64,000 nucleotides of DNA from Phyllosticta citribraziliensis (Eukaryota), in the NCBI RefSeq assembly GCF_038025025.1, contig NW_027117338.1, forward strand, positions 62,001 to 126,000. The letters are read 5' to 3'. Under the pieces are notes generated by a model, which saw only the letters and a list, made by a program, of their open reading frames with translations, had not been told where the DNA came from and made no database searches. The position numbers were made by a program, and so were the translations under genes. Positions within the stretch are counted from its first letter, which is position 1. Each line of letters begins with the position of its first letter. This document shows, piece by piece, positions 13,201 to 25,071 of this stretch.

Positions 13201-16200
13201 GGAGCCAAGACGCGCCGCGCCGTCCGTCGTCTGCGCCAGCAATCCGGGACTGCCTCCGCGCCAGCTAACACTGGCACGTACGCGCATAAAGAATCCAGAA
13301 TCCTCCTCATCCTTCTCCTCTTTTCTCAGAATGGTGGGAGTGCCTTCTGTCTCCGAGCCTTGTCAGGCGAGCATCGCGTTTGACACGCGAGCGAGCGATC
13401 ACAGAGCGCGGCCCGTGCCACCCACCCACCAGCGGTAGTATCAGCGCCAGACGTCTGGGACACAGCACGCGACGGCGGCGCTGGTAGCCGGCTGGTGCGC
13501 ACATTGCCCGTTCCAGTTGTCTTCTGTTCTTCTCTCCGTTTCTACCATGCCCACGCTCTTTCTCAGCCGAGGCGCTTGTTGACCACCACCTCAACGCACG
13601 TCCTGTGGGTTACATGGCCGGGACGAACGGGAGGCTCGAAACGAAACAGCCTGCTCCAGATGGACGGCGGGCCGTGATCCGCCTGGGGCTTTCGCTTTCG
13701 CTTTCGCCGCCGTGACTCCTTCTCTTGGCTGTGATGGTGACGTTGGCAATTCTGCGTGTTGCTGTCATGTCAACTTCACGTCGCCCCCGTCAGTCAGTGT
13801 TGCACGTCAGCGAGGAAAGACAGCGGCCGAGACGGCGCCGTTTGGACCTGGCTTCGCACGAAGCATGTTTCTCGGTGCATCAGTCAAGCACAAAGACCTT
13901 TGCGGCCGAGGCGTAGCGCTTCGCGCTTGACGTGATGGATACACGGTGGTTTTGCGGCAGAACGAGCAGGCCGCAGATGAGCGGACCAACGACGAAAGCC
14001 AAGCGCAACATGGGGCTTTCCGAAAAGGACAGACTGTGTTGAAGCGAAGGCAGAGTCGTGTTCCGCAGATGCAAATCAACGTGGACGTTGAGAGTCGAGG
14101 TGAGGTTGAAAAGCAGTGCAGGGGCTGGCGGCGCCCAGCGTTTGTGATTGGTGCGTTTAGCGCGCTCTGCCCTGCAAGGGCACCAAAAACCTGGCGGCGA
14201 TCTCATGAGCTCAATCTGACGACAACAGAACACAACCACCAGTCCAGCAACCTCGGACAATCGACCATGTCAATTCGCTACGTGAGCTAAACGTAGGTTA
14301 TCGCCAAGACTACGCACAATCACAATCTTCCTCCGTACGGACGTAGGGCAAACATTCAACAAGACCCAATTCCAAATCTCCAATATACCTACGTCTCAGC
14401 AAGACTTGGTCCAGGAGAAAAACCTAACGACCCACTCAATTCGTTTCTCTTATTTCTAGTCTCCTTCCTTCGTTCGTTCTTCCCCACACTCCCTACAACG
14501 CACCATGTCTCCCGCCGCCACGCACAGCACAGCGCGCGTCGCGCCAGCGGCCGCTAACATATCTGACATCAATGCCGCTGCTGTCAAGCTGCCGCGCGTC
14601 CTCTCTATCTCTCCCTCTCTACTGCTGCGCTCGTCCTCCAATTTCCCCATCTCTTTTCACCATTGCCATGTCTATTTCACCATCCGCCGTTTAGTGTTTC
14701 CCATCTCATCCTGCCGGCTGCATCGCCTTCCGGTCTACGTTCAGAAATCCATGGATGGTGGAAACAAGGCGACTTGTCTGCATTCAATGGCTAGTGGCTT
14801 CGGCTGTGGGAGACGGTAGGCAGCGGATTTAATATGCTGCCCGAAACGGGTGCGAAAGCGGATTTGTGCTATGAAATTTGGGCATGAAGGCTCCGTGTCT
14901 GCGGCGCCTACTTGCCTTGGGAGCATGATCATGTGCCTCGTACTTTCCGCTGTATGAATGGACAAGATCGTTTTGGTCGTCCGTCGGAGCTGGAAGATGC
15001 AGCACTTCGGCCTCGAGCGTCACCATACACTGAACCGCTGAGCGCTCGAGCTGCTGGGGAAGCCAGAAAAGGATGTACTGTTGTCGATTTGATCCTCGTT
15101 GAAATCGTCAAGTTGTACTACTGTTGCAGTGTTAGACAACAGTGGTTTTTTTGAAAGGGACAACGCCGTGCAAGGCAATCTTCCTCCATCCTGGTGTTTT
15201 CCGTCACTGCAACTTTTGCACAGCACTCCGCCGTCGGTGTCATGTCGGACCTAGCATGCCATCCATGTCGCTTTCGTGTTGCAATTCCAGTGTGCCCGAG
15301 AAACTCCAGGGCGTTGAAAGGGCGTTTGGAGGTGGCGGGATGTATGGTCAACGATGAAGTTGCCTGCTGCCCTCCCAGCCAACTTGAACAGAACAGTAAA
15401 GTTGACATTCCGACAATGCCCTTCTCGGCGTCCTGTTTGTTGTGTCGAATTAAGCAATGTATTTTGGTGGAAGTTCGATTTCGATTTTGCTTGGGTAAAA
15501 CTCCTTGCGCAGGATAGTGCAAGTCCTACACTTTAGCGGTGACGGAATCGACAACTGCTGTCATTCCTCATCTTTTTCTCATTGGACTGCGCGCTTCTGG
15601 GTGTTGCGCGTCGTCGTATCGCTACGTTCGGTGTAAACGCTTGTTGGCTTCGACGACTGTTGGGTTGGTCCACCACATTCCTCCCATGGAATGCAGCGCG
15701 TACCGACTGCGCCGTACCAACCGCATCTCTCACGAATGAAAGCCATTCTATAATGTTCTACGCTTGTGTCTGGGGTTGGGGCAGCCAATCCGGCGCTCGG
15801 CGTGGCCTGCTCTGCTGTCCTTCTCGCTTGCAAACGCCGATGCCCGCGACTTTTCTACCGCCACCAACACTCTCTTCTCTCCAGATATGCTCGATACAGT
15901 ATGATCTGTCCGTCCCACAACATGCCGTCGACTTCGATTATGCGCGTAGCAAATGATGAGCCTCATCACACAGCATAGCTTCCTTGGCAAGTCATTTCTG
16001 GCCCATCTCTCATGTACTGCTCACATCATCGAGCCATGACTTGCTGATCATCGGCGTTCGCACATTTATGAAGCGCTGTCAGCTCCGGGGCCAACATGCA
16101 GATGGCGAATCTCCATCCTCATCACTTCTGTCCTTCGCGCCTCACTTGCAGCCTCCGTTTCTAAAACTTGCTCCTGGAGTGACACGACTATTTGGGCCAT

Positions 16201-16548
16201 GACTTGTCTGCCAGCCATTGGCACCGTCCTGATTCTCTTCAGCAATTCCGGGAGATGTTGGTCCGGGATAGCTGCAAGAAAAGTCTTCCTGACGCTGGCT
16301 GGTCCAATCTTTATGGTCCCGTCATGAAAACTCTGACAAGGCGATCAATATTGGCGCCCGCATGCAAACATTCTGGGCCAAAGAAACCAAAGACCTCCAG
16401 GAAAAGATCTGTGCCTCAAGTCCCAACTCTCCACCCACCTTGATGCGATAGACAAATCCTGGCAAGACTGCGCAGGCAAGTCGACAGTTTGGTACGCGCG
16501 CCGTGTGTCTCTGTTCGTAACGGAACCGACGTTGGACTTCTGGTCAGG

Positions 16549-16555
16549 TATATAA
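16549..16555 (+). promoter_or_regulatory. TATA box upstream of the 60-aa microprotein gene
   Basis: TATATAA followed by a CA/CT-rich leader, ~160 nt before ATG 16716. Confidence 0.5.
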
Positions 16556-16715
16556 TTGTCTACAATCTCCGTCAGTTACTCTGCTTCATCACAACCCTCG
16601 ACAGCTCCTCAGCAAGCTTCAATACCATCCGCATTCGCAGTCAGAATCACGCTCAAGTTTCGGGGATTCAAGCTGATCCGTGGACAGGAAAGAAATCTTC
16701 TCAACAATCGCCAAA

Positions 16716-16898
16716 ATGTGCGAAATTCACCATATCCCTACGAAATGGGCGGCCTGCAAGGAGAAAATCAAGCACGTGAAGGACGATGAAATGGAAGTTC
16801 CGTGCGGCAAAAATTGCGAGGACAAAACCCACAAATACAACATGGGAAATGCCACTGTCAAGACTCCGGGCGCAAAGTGTCCCATGTGTCCGACTTGA
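16716..16898 (+). CDS. 60-aa Cys/His-rich microprotein (MC-x11-C-x5-H-x9-C-x3-C-x20-CxxC), putative Zn-binding, no signal peptide
   Basis: Strong fungal start context ccaaaATG, upstream TATA, a UTR branch/acceptor GCTGAT..GGACAG at 16687, and a canonical 3'-UTR intron (GTAAGT at 16906, GCTGAC branch, AG at 16963/16969). Confidence 0.65.
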   Translation: MCEIHHIPTKWAACKEKIKHVKDDEMEVPCGKNCEDKTHKYNMGNATVKTPGAKCPMCPT

Positions 16899-17638
16899 TC
16901 AAGGCGTAAGTTATTTCCAAGTCACCGACCGACCAAGAAGTCACAGGGGCTGACCACACGAAGCAACAGCGCGCGAGGTCTACTCGCGAGGAGAGAGGAG
17001 GAACGGCAAGAAATCTGAGTTTTCGATGGACACTGTTGGCCCTTGGAGGTTACTGGACAATGTGAGATTTCCGGGCAGATCGAACTCTTCACGATGCTGG
17101 GAAACGGGTGTTGCAAGAGATCCTCGCACAGACTTCCGTTCGTGTCGAGACGAGGAGCATTGGATCTGGAGAACATACAAGAAACAGTAGAGGAAGCTAG
17201 CTCACCATGTGGTCACTCATTTACAAATGACATGAGTTTGAGTCGCTCCATTCTTTGCCAATATGCTTGCTCTGATGAACGCCTTCGCGTCAAGGATGAA
17301 GACCTTTGATCTGTTCTATTAGCATGAAGCAGAAGGTTTCGTTCCAGAAATGACCTGGAAAAGAAAGGCTTCAGGGTGGAACGATATTTCAGAATCGTAC
17401 TCTTGATGGTTGCCTATCAAGATTCCGTGGACCTATCTTTTTGATGGAGTCGATTTCGTGTAATCCGGATAACACTATCGATGAGTAAGCTTCCTGCAGG
17501 TTGGGGTCGCGATTATGAGGGCGCTTCGCCGCTTCACATTTTTGCCGCGGGCGCTTAGCCGTGACTGCAACACACAACCCTCAGCATACGTGGAACTCCA
17601 CCGATTCGCGACGAACGGCGTCTTTGCTTCTATCCGCA

Positions 17639-18442
17639 ATGTCTGACCCAGAATCTAGGGGTCGCATCATTCGTTTCTGGTACCCTGGAGATCCAGATAA
17701 CCGCATTGTCAAACACGGCGTCACCACTGGAGGTGACTACTTCATTGGTTACGTCGATGAGACCACAGTCCTAAAATTCCCACATTTCAAGGGAACTCCT
17801 CAATCCATGGAAAATCTCCAAGTCGAGAGGCAGATTTACGAACGCGTCGGAAAGCATCCCCGCATCATCGAATACAAGGGATGGCATAAGGACGGCCTGT
17901 TGCTAGAATATGCGCCCAACAAAAGCCTCAACTGCTTCCTGGCCGACAGCCCTACCCTTTCAAAGCGGGAGCGGCTTCGGATTGCAAAGGAGACGGCCGA
18001 GGGCGTTGACTTTGTCCACAAAAACAACGTTCTCCTGCGCGACATTGCCATGCGCAATATCCTCCTTGATGCCGACCTGCACGTTAAGCTGTGCGACCTG
18101 ACAGGCCAGCTGCTGGGAGACGACGGCCAAGTCATTGCAAAAGGCCACGGCTGGGAGGACTTCGACGCCATGAAGCCACGCGCGGACACGCAGTATGCCG
18201 ACATAGTCACCGACCTTTTCGCTCTCGGTACCACTGTTTACAAGATCATGGCCAGTCAAGGACCTTTTCCTGATACGGATGATGATGAAGAGCTAAAGCG
18301 ACGCTTTGAGCAGAGACGGTATCCGGAGCTCGATGAGAGGTTGGGCGGCAAAGTCGTCTGGGGCTGTTGGGACTCCTTGTACAAGTCGGCGAGCGACGTT
18401 GCCAAAGATTTGGAAAAGCTGGAGCAGGCGTCTCTAGAGTAG
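17639..18442 (+). CDS. Atypical, intronless protein-kinase-fold protein (267 aa)
   Basis: VLKFP (beta3 Lys), VERQIY (alphaC Glu), HPRIIEY, LLLEYA hinge, catalytic loop LLRDIAMRNILL, KLCDLTG (DFG position), TDLFALG (subdomain IX). Confidence 0.85.
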   Translation: MSDPESRGRIIRFWYPGDPDNRIVKHGVTTGGDYFIGYVDETTVLKFPHFKGTPQSMENLQVERQIYERVGKHPRIIEYKGWHKDGLLLEYAPNKSLNCFLADSPTLSKRERLRIAKETAEGVDFVHKNNVLLRDIAMRNILLDADLHVKLCDLTGQLLGDDGQVIAKGHGWEDFDAMKPRADTQYADIVTDLFALGTTVYKIMASQGPFPDTDDDEELKRRFEQRRYPELDERLGGKVVWGCWDSLYKSASDVAKDLEKLEQASLE

Positions 18443-18713
18443 CAGAGCAGATTAGAGAACCAGCAAAAAGCAAGACTGGTTCTGAACACTTCCCATCTAT
18501 AGCATATTCAATCGAATGTCTCGAATTTCACATGTGCTGCGCCTCAAAAGTAAGCAGACGACAAAAGACCGACGGACCCGCCCAGCCAAGTAAAATACAA
18601 CGCTGAACCGAAACAAAACAAAAAGACCAAGAACATAGACGGAAATGCAACGGGGGTATCATCCATGCAACGCGCAGACACAAAGCCGCTCCGGCTCGCT
18701 AATCATCAAATGC

Positions 18714-20524
18714 TCAGTGGGCGAAGCGGAAATCGAGGCGCTTGTTGCCCTTGTCCTTTGTCGTGGAGAGGTACGCCTTCTTTTCGTCCACAGACATGGC
18801 GTCCCACGTCCGCTCGCGGTACCTGCAGAACCCATTAGACAACGTCCACGGTCAAACTAGGGAAGGGACGGACGTACCGATTGATAGACACGTAGAAGAA
18901 CTTGGTGCCAGCAAATAGGACAAGATTCCACAGGCAGATGAAGATGAGGATTTTGTTTCCGCGCCGGTACAGTGGCATGTCGTCTTCGCGGTAGACCTGC
19001 GCGGGGTTGGGTCAGCGGAATGCCAGGGGGTGTTGACGGGGAGACGCACGTTTGCGCTGATGATGGCGCCGAATTGTACACACATGTTGTACAGGGCAGA
19101 CGCGACGGTTCGGGTCCGCACGGTGCCGGCGTTGCGGCTGGTAATGGCGACGAGAATCTGCGGATATGAGCTGGCGCTCCTTTACTTGAAGTGGACTTCT
19201 TACCGCGTGGACGTAGGGGTTCCCCACGAGGAGCGCTATGACTATGTACCTTACGCCCGCAGCCGCTGTGCCGGGCAGCAAAAGTAGCATGACCAGCAGT
19301 GGCAGCGCCCATAGCTGGCTCACTGATGCCAGGATGAATCGCTCTCTGCGCTGTTCACTAAGCCAGGTCCAGAACAACAGCTGTGCAATGTACAGACACA
19401 AAGGCGGAATGGTCAGAAGATTGGTTTGGAAAGTGTCGAAACCAATCGATCTCAGCTGAAGTGTCATGTACGAAGTCATAGGGTGCGTCGGGACAAATGC
19501 GGTCAGGCCCAAAAGGTAGATGGGCCAAAGATGCCAATCCGTGAGACAGTCGTACAAGTTGGACAATGTAAGTGCCTGCCGGTTGTGCATGTCGCCCTTC
19601 GACGGGTCGTCGCGCAGGATACGGTTCACCATAATCTTCTCCTGGCGCTCAGTGAACCACCCATCCTCTCCGCGGAAACTGCTCGCCGTCTGGGTCGGCG
19701 ACGGAGGCAGATAGAACCAAGAAAGGACGCCAATGACGCAAGTCAAACTCCCCTCGATGGCGAAAAGCCAGCGCCAACCTTCGAGCCCCCACATACCGCG
19801 AAGATGCAGAATCAAAAAGGCAAGGAAGGCGGAACAGATGTTGGTCCCTTGCGCAGACACCCAGAACCAACTCAGTCGCGTGGGAAGCTCCGACGATGTG
19901 TACCAGTAGCTGAGGTAGAGTATGTTGTCGGGGATGAAGCCTCCTTCAAGCAGACCGAGAAGGCAGCGGCAGAGGAGATATGACTTGCGGCCTTGAAGAA
20001 GCGACTGCATGCTGGCTACCACACTCCAAGAGATCATCTGGATCGGAATCAAGTTGTCCGCGCCAATCCATTTCGAAATGAGTTGCGAAGGGAGTTCTGC
20101 CAGCAGGAAACTGAGGAAGAAGATGGTCTGGCCCTTGTTGTAGTCGTTGGTAGAAAGGCCCAGGTCGTCCAGTAAGTTGTCAGACAGCGCTTGTTGAATG
20201 TTGCCCCGGTCCAGCTGCAGCGCAAAAAACATGATGCAAACCCACAAGCATATCTTCTTGTCAATCTGCGCGGAGTGAGCAAAGGCGTTGGGGTAGCCGG
20301 CCACTCAGACGTACCTTCTTGACCAACCTCTTCTCTTCCAGCGGCTCCCACTCAAACTCCGGATCCCATCGATGGATGCCTTCATAGCTGTCGACCGGAC
20401 GGTAGTATTTTTCAATTCCCTCGGTTGCAAAGGCAGATTCCTCCCGTATGGTGACCAGCGGAGCTTCCTCATAGCGAGTGTCTGTCTTCTTGGCGTAACC
20501 TTTGGCGTCGATTGGAGATCCCAT
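18714..20524 (-). CDS. MFS anion:cation symporter, Dal5/Soa1 (sulfonate/allantoate) family, ~4 introns
   Basis: Motifs FFALQLDRGNIQQAL, LAELPSQLISK, GLLEGGFIPD, GWRWLFAIEG, LRDDPSKGDMHNRQ and C-terminal DKGNKRLDFRFAH, which resembles the yeast Soa1-type tail. Confidence 0.92.
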
Positions 20525-21248
20525 TTCCTGGTAGGCGCTAGCCTCGCAGGCTATCAGGTGATATTGAGACGAATTCCATGGTGATTCCTGAGAGGGGCTG
20601 CCCAAGTAGTCCGTGCCTGCTTCTGCTATGTGGAGCGATCTGGGGGTGCGGCGGCCATGGCGGTTGGGGAGAGGCATGTTGTGGAGAATCCGGAGTACGA
20701 AATCAGGGGGCGCTCAGAGGATGCACCAGCGACTGGTCCAAGGTACCCCGGAAATACGAACAACAAAGGGGACAGGCAGAAAGAGGGAGGCTAAGGGGGA
20801 CTAGAACAAAGTGGTTGGTGAAAAGGGCGTCTTGATATCGATATGGCGGCCATGTTGGGAGGTGATGCAAGCACGCAAAAAGACTGGGCCATGATGTAGC
20901 AAGACACGACCAGGCGAGGGCGTCGCGTCGCGGTGAGGAGGGTCGATTTGGGAGCGTGCATTGTCCCGCAATTGCGTGATTGCGCCGGTGGCTCGCGTGC
21001 AACAACACCATGCAGCCATGAGACAGCTCCCTCGCTTGCACTTGGTGCTTCTCGACTCTGGTCCGGCGAGACATGGCAGAATGCTAAATCATCTGGTGTG
21101 CACAGCAGGCCTTGGTTGCTTGTTTTCTGTGGAGGTGCAATTTGGCTTTCTCCACGTCCTCGAGCTTCCGAACCAGGCTGACCGTGCATAAGATGGACAA
21201 AAACCCCGCCCCAGGCAGCCAGTAGAGGAACGTCAAGCCATAGATATA

Positions 21249-21255
21249 TCACGTG
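21249..21255. promoter_or_regulatory. TCACGTG (Cbf1-type E-box) in the MFS/TauD bidirectional promoter
   Basis: ATCACGTGA between the divergent genes. A one-mismatch CYS-3/MetR-like site ATGTTGCCAT lies at ~21438-21447. Confidence 0.3.
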
Positions 21256-21591
21256 AAACATCATGACTTGGACAATCGCTTCGCCATATCGCGGCTACGG
21301 CTGCAGGTTCCCATGACGGCAAAGCTCCCAAGTTGACGCGACTTCCGTGGCAGCTGATTGGAGGAAGCCCTTGAAACGGCGTCGTTGTCTTCATCGTCAT
21401 TGGACTGAAACATTGCAGAACGGTGCTCCCCGCCGTCATGTTGCCATGTTGGCGTGTCGTGTGAGAATCCAGGAGATACGGGCACTCGTGTCTTGTTAAT
21501 CGTTCTTGGTACTTAACCTTCTGGCGCCGCCCATCGAAGCTCGACATCCTTCTTGGTTTTGAAAGACAGCTGCTTTTGATTCGACTTCATC

Positions 21592-22813
21592 ATGGCCCCA
21601 ATTGCCGTTGAGACTCCCCAGCAACAGGCTCCCGTTCGTGGACCTATTGATTACAAAGAGGCCTTCATCACCGGCCCCAAGGCTTTCAAGAGGGACATTG
21701 AGGAGCATGGCTCGGAGAACCAAGCTCCCGCTTCGTACCCCCACTACCTGCCTACGTGGGATCCCAAAGTGTAAGGAGTCTTGGACAGGTAGCTGCGAAT
21801 GTTTCTGACAAGATCAGGTACCCACCTCTGCAGCCATTTGAGCACTACGAGCACGGCAAAGACGCCGACCCTACCTTTCCTCATCTCTTCGCCAATGGAA
21901 CCCACAGGCCACTGGCTCCCAAGATCGGTTCGGAGGTGAATGGAGTGCAGCTGAGCAAGCTTTCGGATAAAGGAAAGGATGAACTGGCTCTCTTCATTGC
22001 CCAAAGAAAAGTGGCAGGTACGCAGACTGGATGCGACGACAGTGGAAAACATGCTTACCTTTCGCAGTATTCCGCGACCAAGACCTCGCAGACATCCCCA
22101 TCCAAGAGGCCTTGGACTTTGGCGGCTACTTTGGTCGTCACCACATCCATGTCTCTAGTGGCCAGCCAGCTGGGTATCCAGAGGTTCATCTCGTCCACCG
22201 TGGCGCCGAAGACACGATTGCTCGTGATTACTTCACCACCAGAACCAACTCCATCACATGGCATTCGGACGTGACTTTCGAAGCCCAGCCTCCTGGCACC
22301 ACGTTCTTGTATGTCTTGGACGGTCCGGAGGCAGGTGGTGACACGATCTACGCGAGCATGACCGAGGCATACAACCGTCTCTCGCCGGAATTCCAGAAGC
22401 GTTTGCATGGTCTCAAGGCAATCCACTCTGGCTTCGAGCAGGCCGAGAATAGTCGTTCCCGTGGAGGTGTGGTCCGTCGCGAGCCAATTGCTACCGAGCA
22501 TCCTCTTGTGCGGACGCACCCGGTGACGGGAGAAAAGGCCCTGTTTGTGAATGCGCAGTTCACGCGCCAAATCGTGGGCCTGAAGAAGGAAGAGAGCGAC
22601 TTCCTCTTGAAGTTCCTCTTCAACCACATTGCCATGGGCGCCGACTTCCAGGTGCGGCTCAAGTGGGAAAAGGGTAGCGTCGTGGTGTGGGACAACCGCG
22701 TCGCGGTTCACACTGCGATCCTGGACTGGGACGACGGTGCGAGGCGCCACTTGGCTCGCATCACACCGCAGGCGGAGCGTCCGTATGAGACACCGTTTGA
22801 GGAGAGAAAGTAG
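21592..22813 (+). CDS. TauD/TfdA Fe(II)/2-oxoglutarate sulfonate dioxygenase (Jlp1-like), 2 introns
   Basis: WHSDVTFE (HxD), GGDTIYA, HPLVRTHPVTGEKALFVN, WDNRVAVH (distal His) and ARITPQAERP. Confidence 0.95.
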
Positions 22814-23193
22814 GCGTCGAGGGGTTTTCGGCTTTGATCAGCGTTGATAGCGTGATGATGCGATGAATTCAATCTTTTGAGCGGGTCTAGATGAGCCAGA
22901 CGAGATGCAGGAGCTTCAAAAATTGAACCAGATGAACAAGCGAGACCTTTATTGATTAGCATGCCAATCGAATGACATGTCGGAAGAGATCGAGGTGTTG
23001 AAGTGACTTCGTGGGTGTAGAAAGGAATCCGATTCCAGCCTGCACGGGCGCCAAGCCAGGTGCTAAGTCAGCCTTTTCGCCGGCAACGCACCTCCACCAT
23101 CGGAACTTCAAGTCCTGCTGCTGCTCAACAGCACCTCGACGGACAACGCCGCCACTCACGCCCACCACATCGAATCTCCGCTCTCCGGCCATC

Positions 23194-24155
23194 ATGTTTG
23201 CAGCCCGGTTCGCGCGGTCCGCCGCAGCTCGCGCCTCGTCGGCCACCGCTCCCCGCGTCGCCGTCAGGAGCTATGCCCAAGCCGCCGCACCCTCCACCAA
23301 GCCGCCCGTTGCCCTGTTCGGCGTCGACGGCACCTACGCGAGCGCTCTGGTACGTCTCCCCCGCCCGAGGAGATGCCAATTGAAGAGATGGATGCAATTG
23401 GGCCGGTACGCCCGCGGCGAGATGAGATGGAAGCAAAGGGACCGTGGCTCGGAACCGGGAAGCAAATGGCGGGGAAATTTGGACCCAGAAGAGACACGCT
23501 GACGGCTTCGCTTTTGCGATCTGACGACAGTACACGGCCGCGGCCAAGACGTCCTCGCTCGAGCCCACGGCCAAGGCCCTCGAGAGCCTCGCCGCCGTCT
23601 TCAAGAGGGACCCCAAGCTGACGCAGGTCCTGTCGTCGCCGTCGCTGTCGCCGGCCGACAAGAAGGCCATTGTCGCCGAGCTCCAGAAGAACGTTGGCGC
23701 GGACAAGGACGGCCTCATCAAGAACTTCCTCGAGACGCTCGCCGAGAACAATCGCCTCGGTGTCTTGGAGCCCGTGACTGAGAAGTTCACCGCCCTCATG
23801 AGCGCCTACCGCGGCGAGGTCGAGCTCAACGTCACCAGCGCTGCTGTACGTCCACAATTCGAATGAGAGAAATCCAACGTCGGTCGCTGACTCTTTCGCA
23901 GCCCCTCGACAACAAGGTGCTCAGCCGCCTCGAGGCCGCCGTCTCCAAGTCGCCCCTCGCCCAGGGCAAGAAGCTCAAGGTCGTTACCAAGGTGAGACGA
24001 CCCAGCACCAACCTCCGTCAAATCTGCTGACCGCGGTGCAGGTCAACCCGGACATCAAGGGCGGTCTGGTCGTCGAGGTCGGCGACAGGACCATCGACCT
24101 CAGCGTCTCGTCCAAGATCGCCAGGCTGAACAAGCTCCTCCAGGACGCTTTGTAA
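23194..24155 (+). CDS. ATP5: Mitochondrial F1Fo ATP synthase OSCP/subunit 5, 3 introns
   Basis: Arg/Ala-rich presequence, then KPPVALFGVDGTYASAL|YTAA...NFLETLAENNRLG...VNPDIKGGLVVEVGDRTIDLSVSSKIARLNKLL. Confidence 0.97.
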
Positions 24156-25071
24156 AGTGCCGCACGCAATCTAAACTCTTGGTCGCGCCTGGGACAAGAA
24201 AGGACAGGACGATGATGAGGCAAAGAGCGCCTGTGTATGCTAGATGCGGCGGCGACGGGCGGCTGCTTTGAGATGAAGGATGCATATTGGAAATTTTTCA
24301 ATCTGGCATCCCAAGTGACGGGGATGGGAGAACCAACGAACTAGCTCAATCCGGCCCCAGAAGCAAGCAAGCAAGCATAGTGGATAGAGAGAGCGTCTGT
24401 TTGGAATGCAGTCAGTCTATTAGTGACTTACTCTCCGGTTGCCGCAAGCCACGCGCACGTCGGTGAGCACCGCATCTCACGCTGTCCGACGTCGTCGTCG
24501 TCGTCGTCGTCGTCGTACCCTATCCAGGTGCCGTGCCGTCTTTCTTTGATTGACGGCCCCCCTCCCTTTGCTCCCTCCAAATTTTCACAATCAGGCGCGA
24601 GAACATCTCCGAGCCAGCCTGGGCACCTTGTTTCCCCTCCTCTTGCGCTATCATTCCGTCTGGGTAGACAGACATCACTGCAGGCTCTTCTCTCCCTCCT
24701 CCCTACCTTGTACACTCGAGCCTGCCTCCGTGAGATTAGACAATGAAGACACGCCGTAGACAAGCAGATCGGGAGAGACGGGAGAAAAGACAGCATGGAG
24801 AAGTACGGTAGATACCTATGTAAGGAAGGAGGGAGGGAAGAAAAAAACTACACGTAATTGTTTACACAAAACCGACCAAGACCAACCACTCAGCATCCAC
24901 CCACCCACCCACCCCTTCCAGCACCTTCCTGTCTGATACACGCTGCGCTGCTACTGCTGCTGGTGCTGCTCAACTCGCCCAATTGATCATCAAATTGCAA
25001 GTCTCTCCGTCATCATTCCTCTTCCCATCCATCAATGCATGCATACAATGAATGACGCCGCCAACCATCAT

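Noticed and set aside
10300..14300. Numerous 60-210 aa ORFs including 12745..13383 and 12753..13310
   Set aside because: Low-complexity, microsatellite-rich sequence with no recognisable motifs or codon bias; treated as intergenic.
14505..15154. Gene-like start (CCTAAC..TTCTAG acceptor, caccATG) with a 104-aa ORF
   Set aside because: No recognisable domain and the frames break repeatedly. It may be a relic but cannot be supported.
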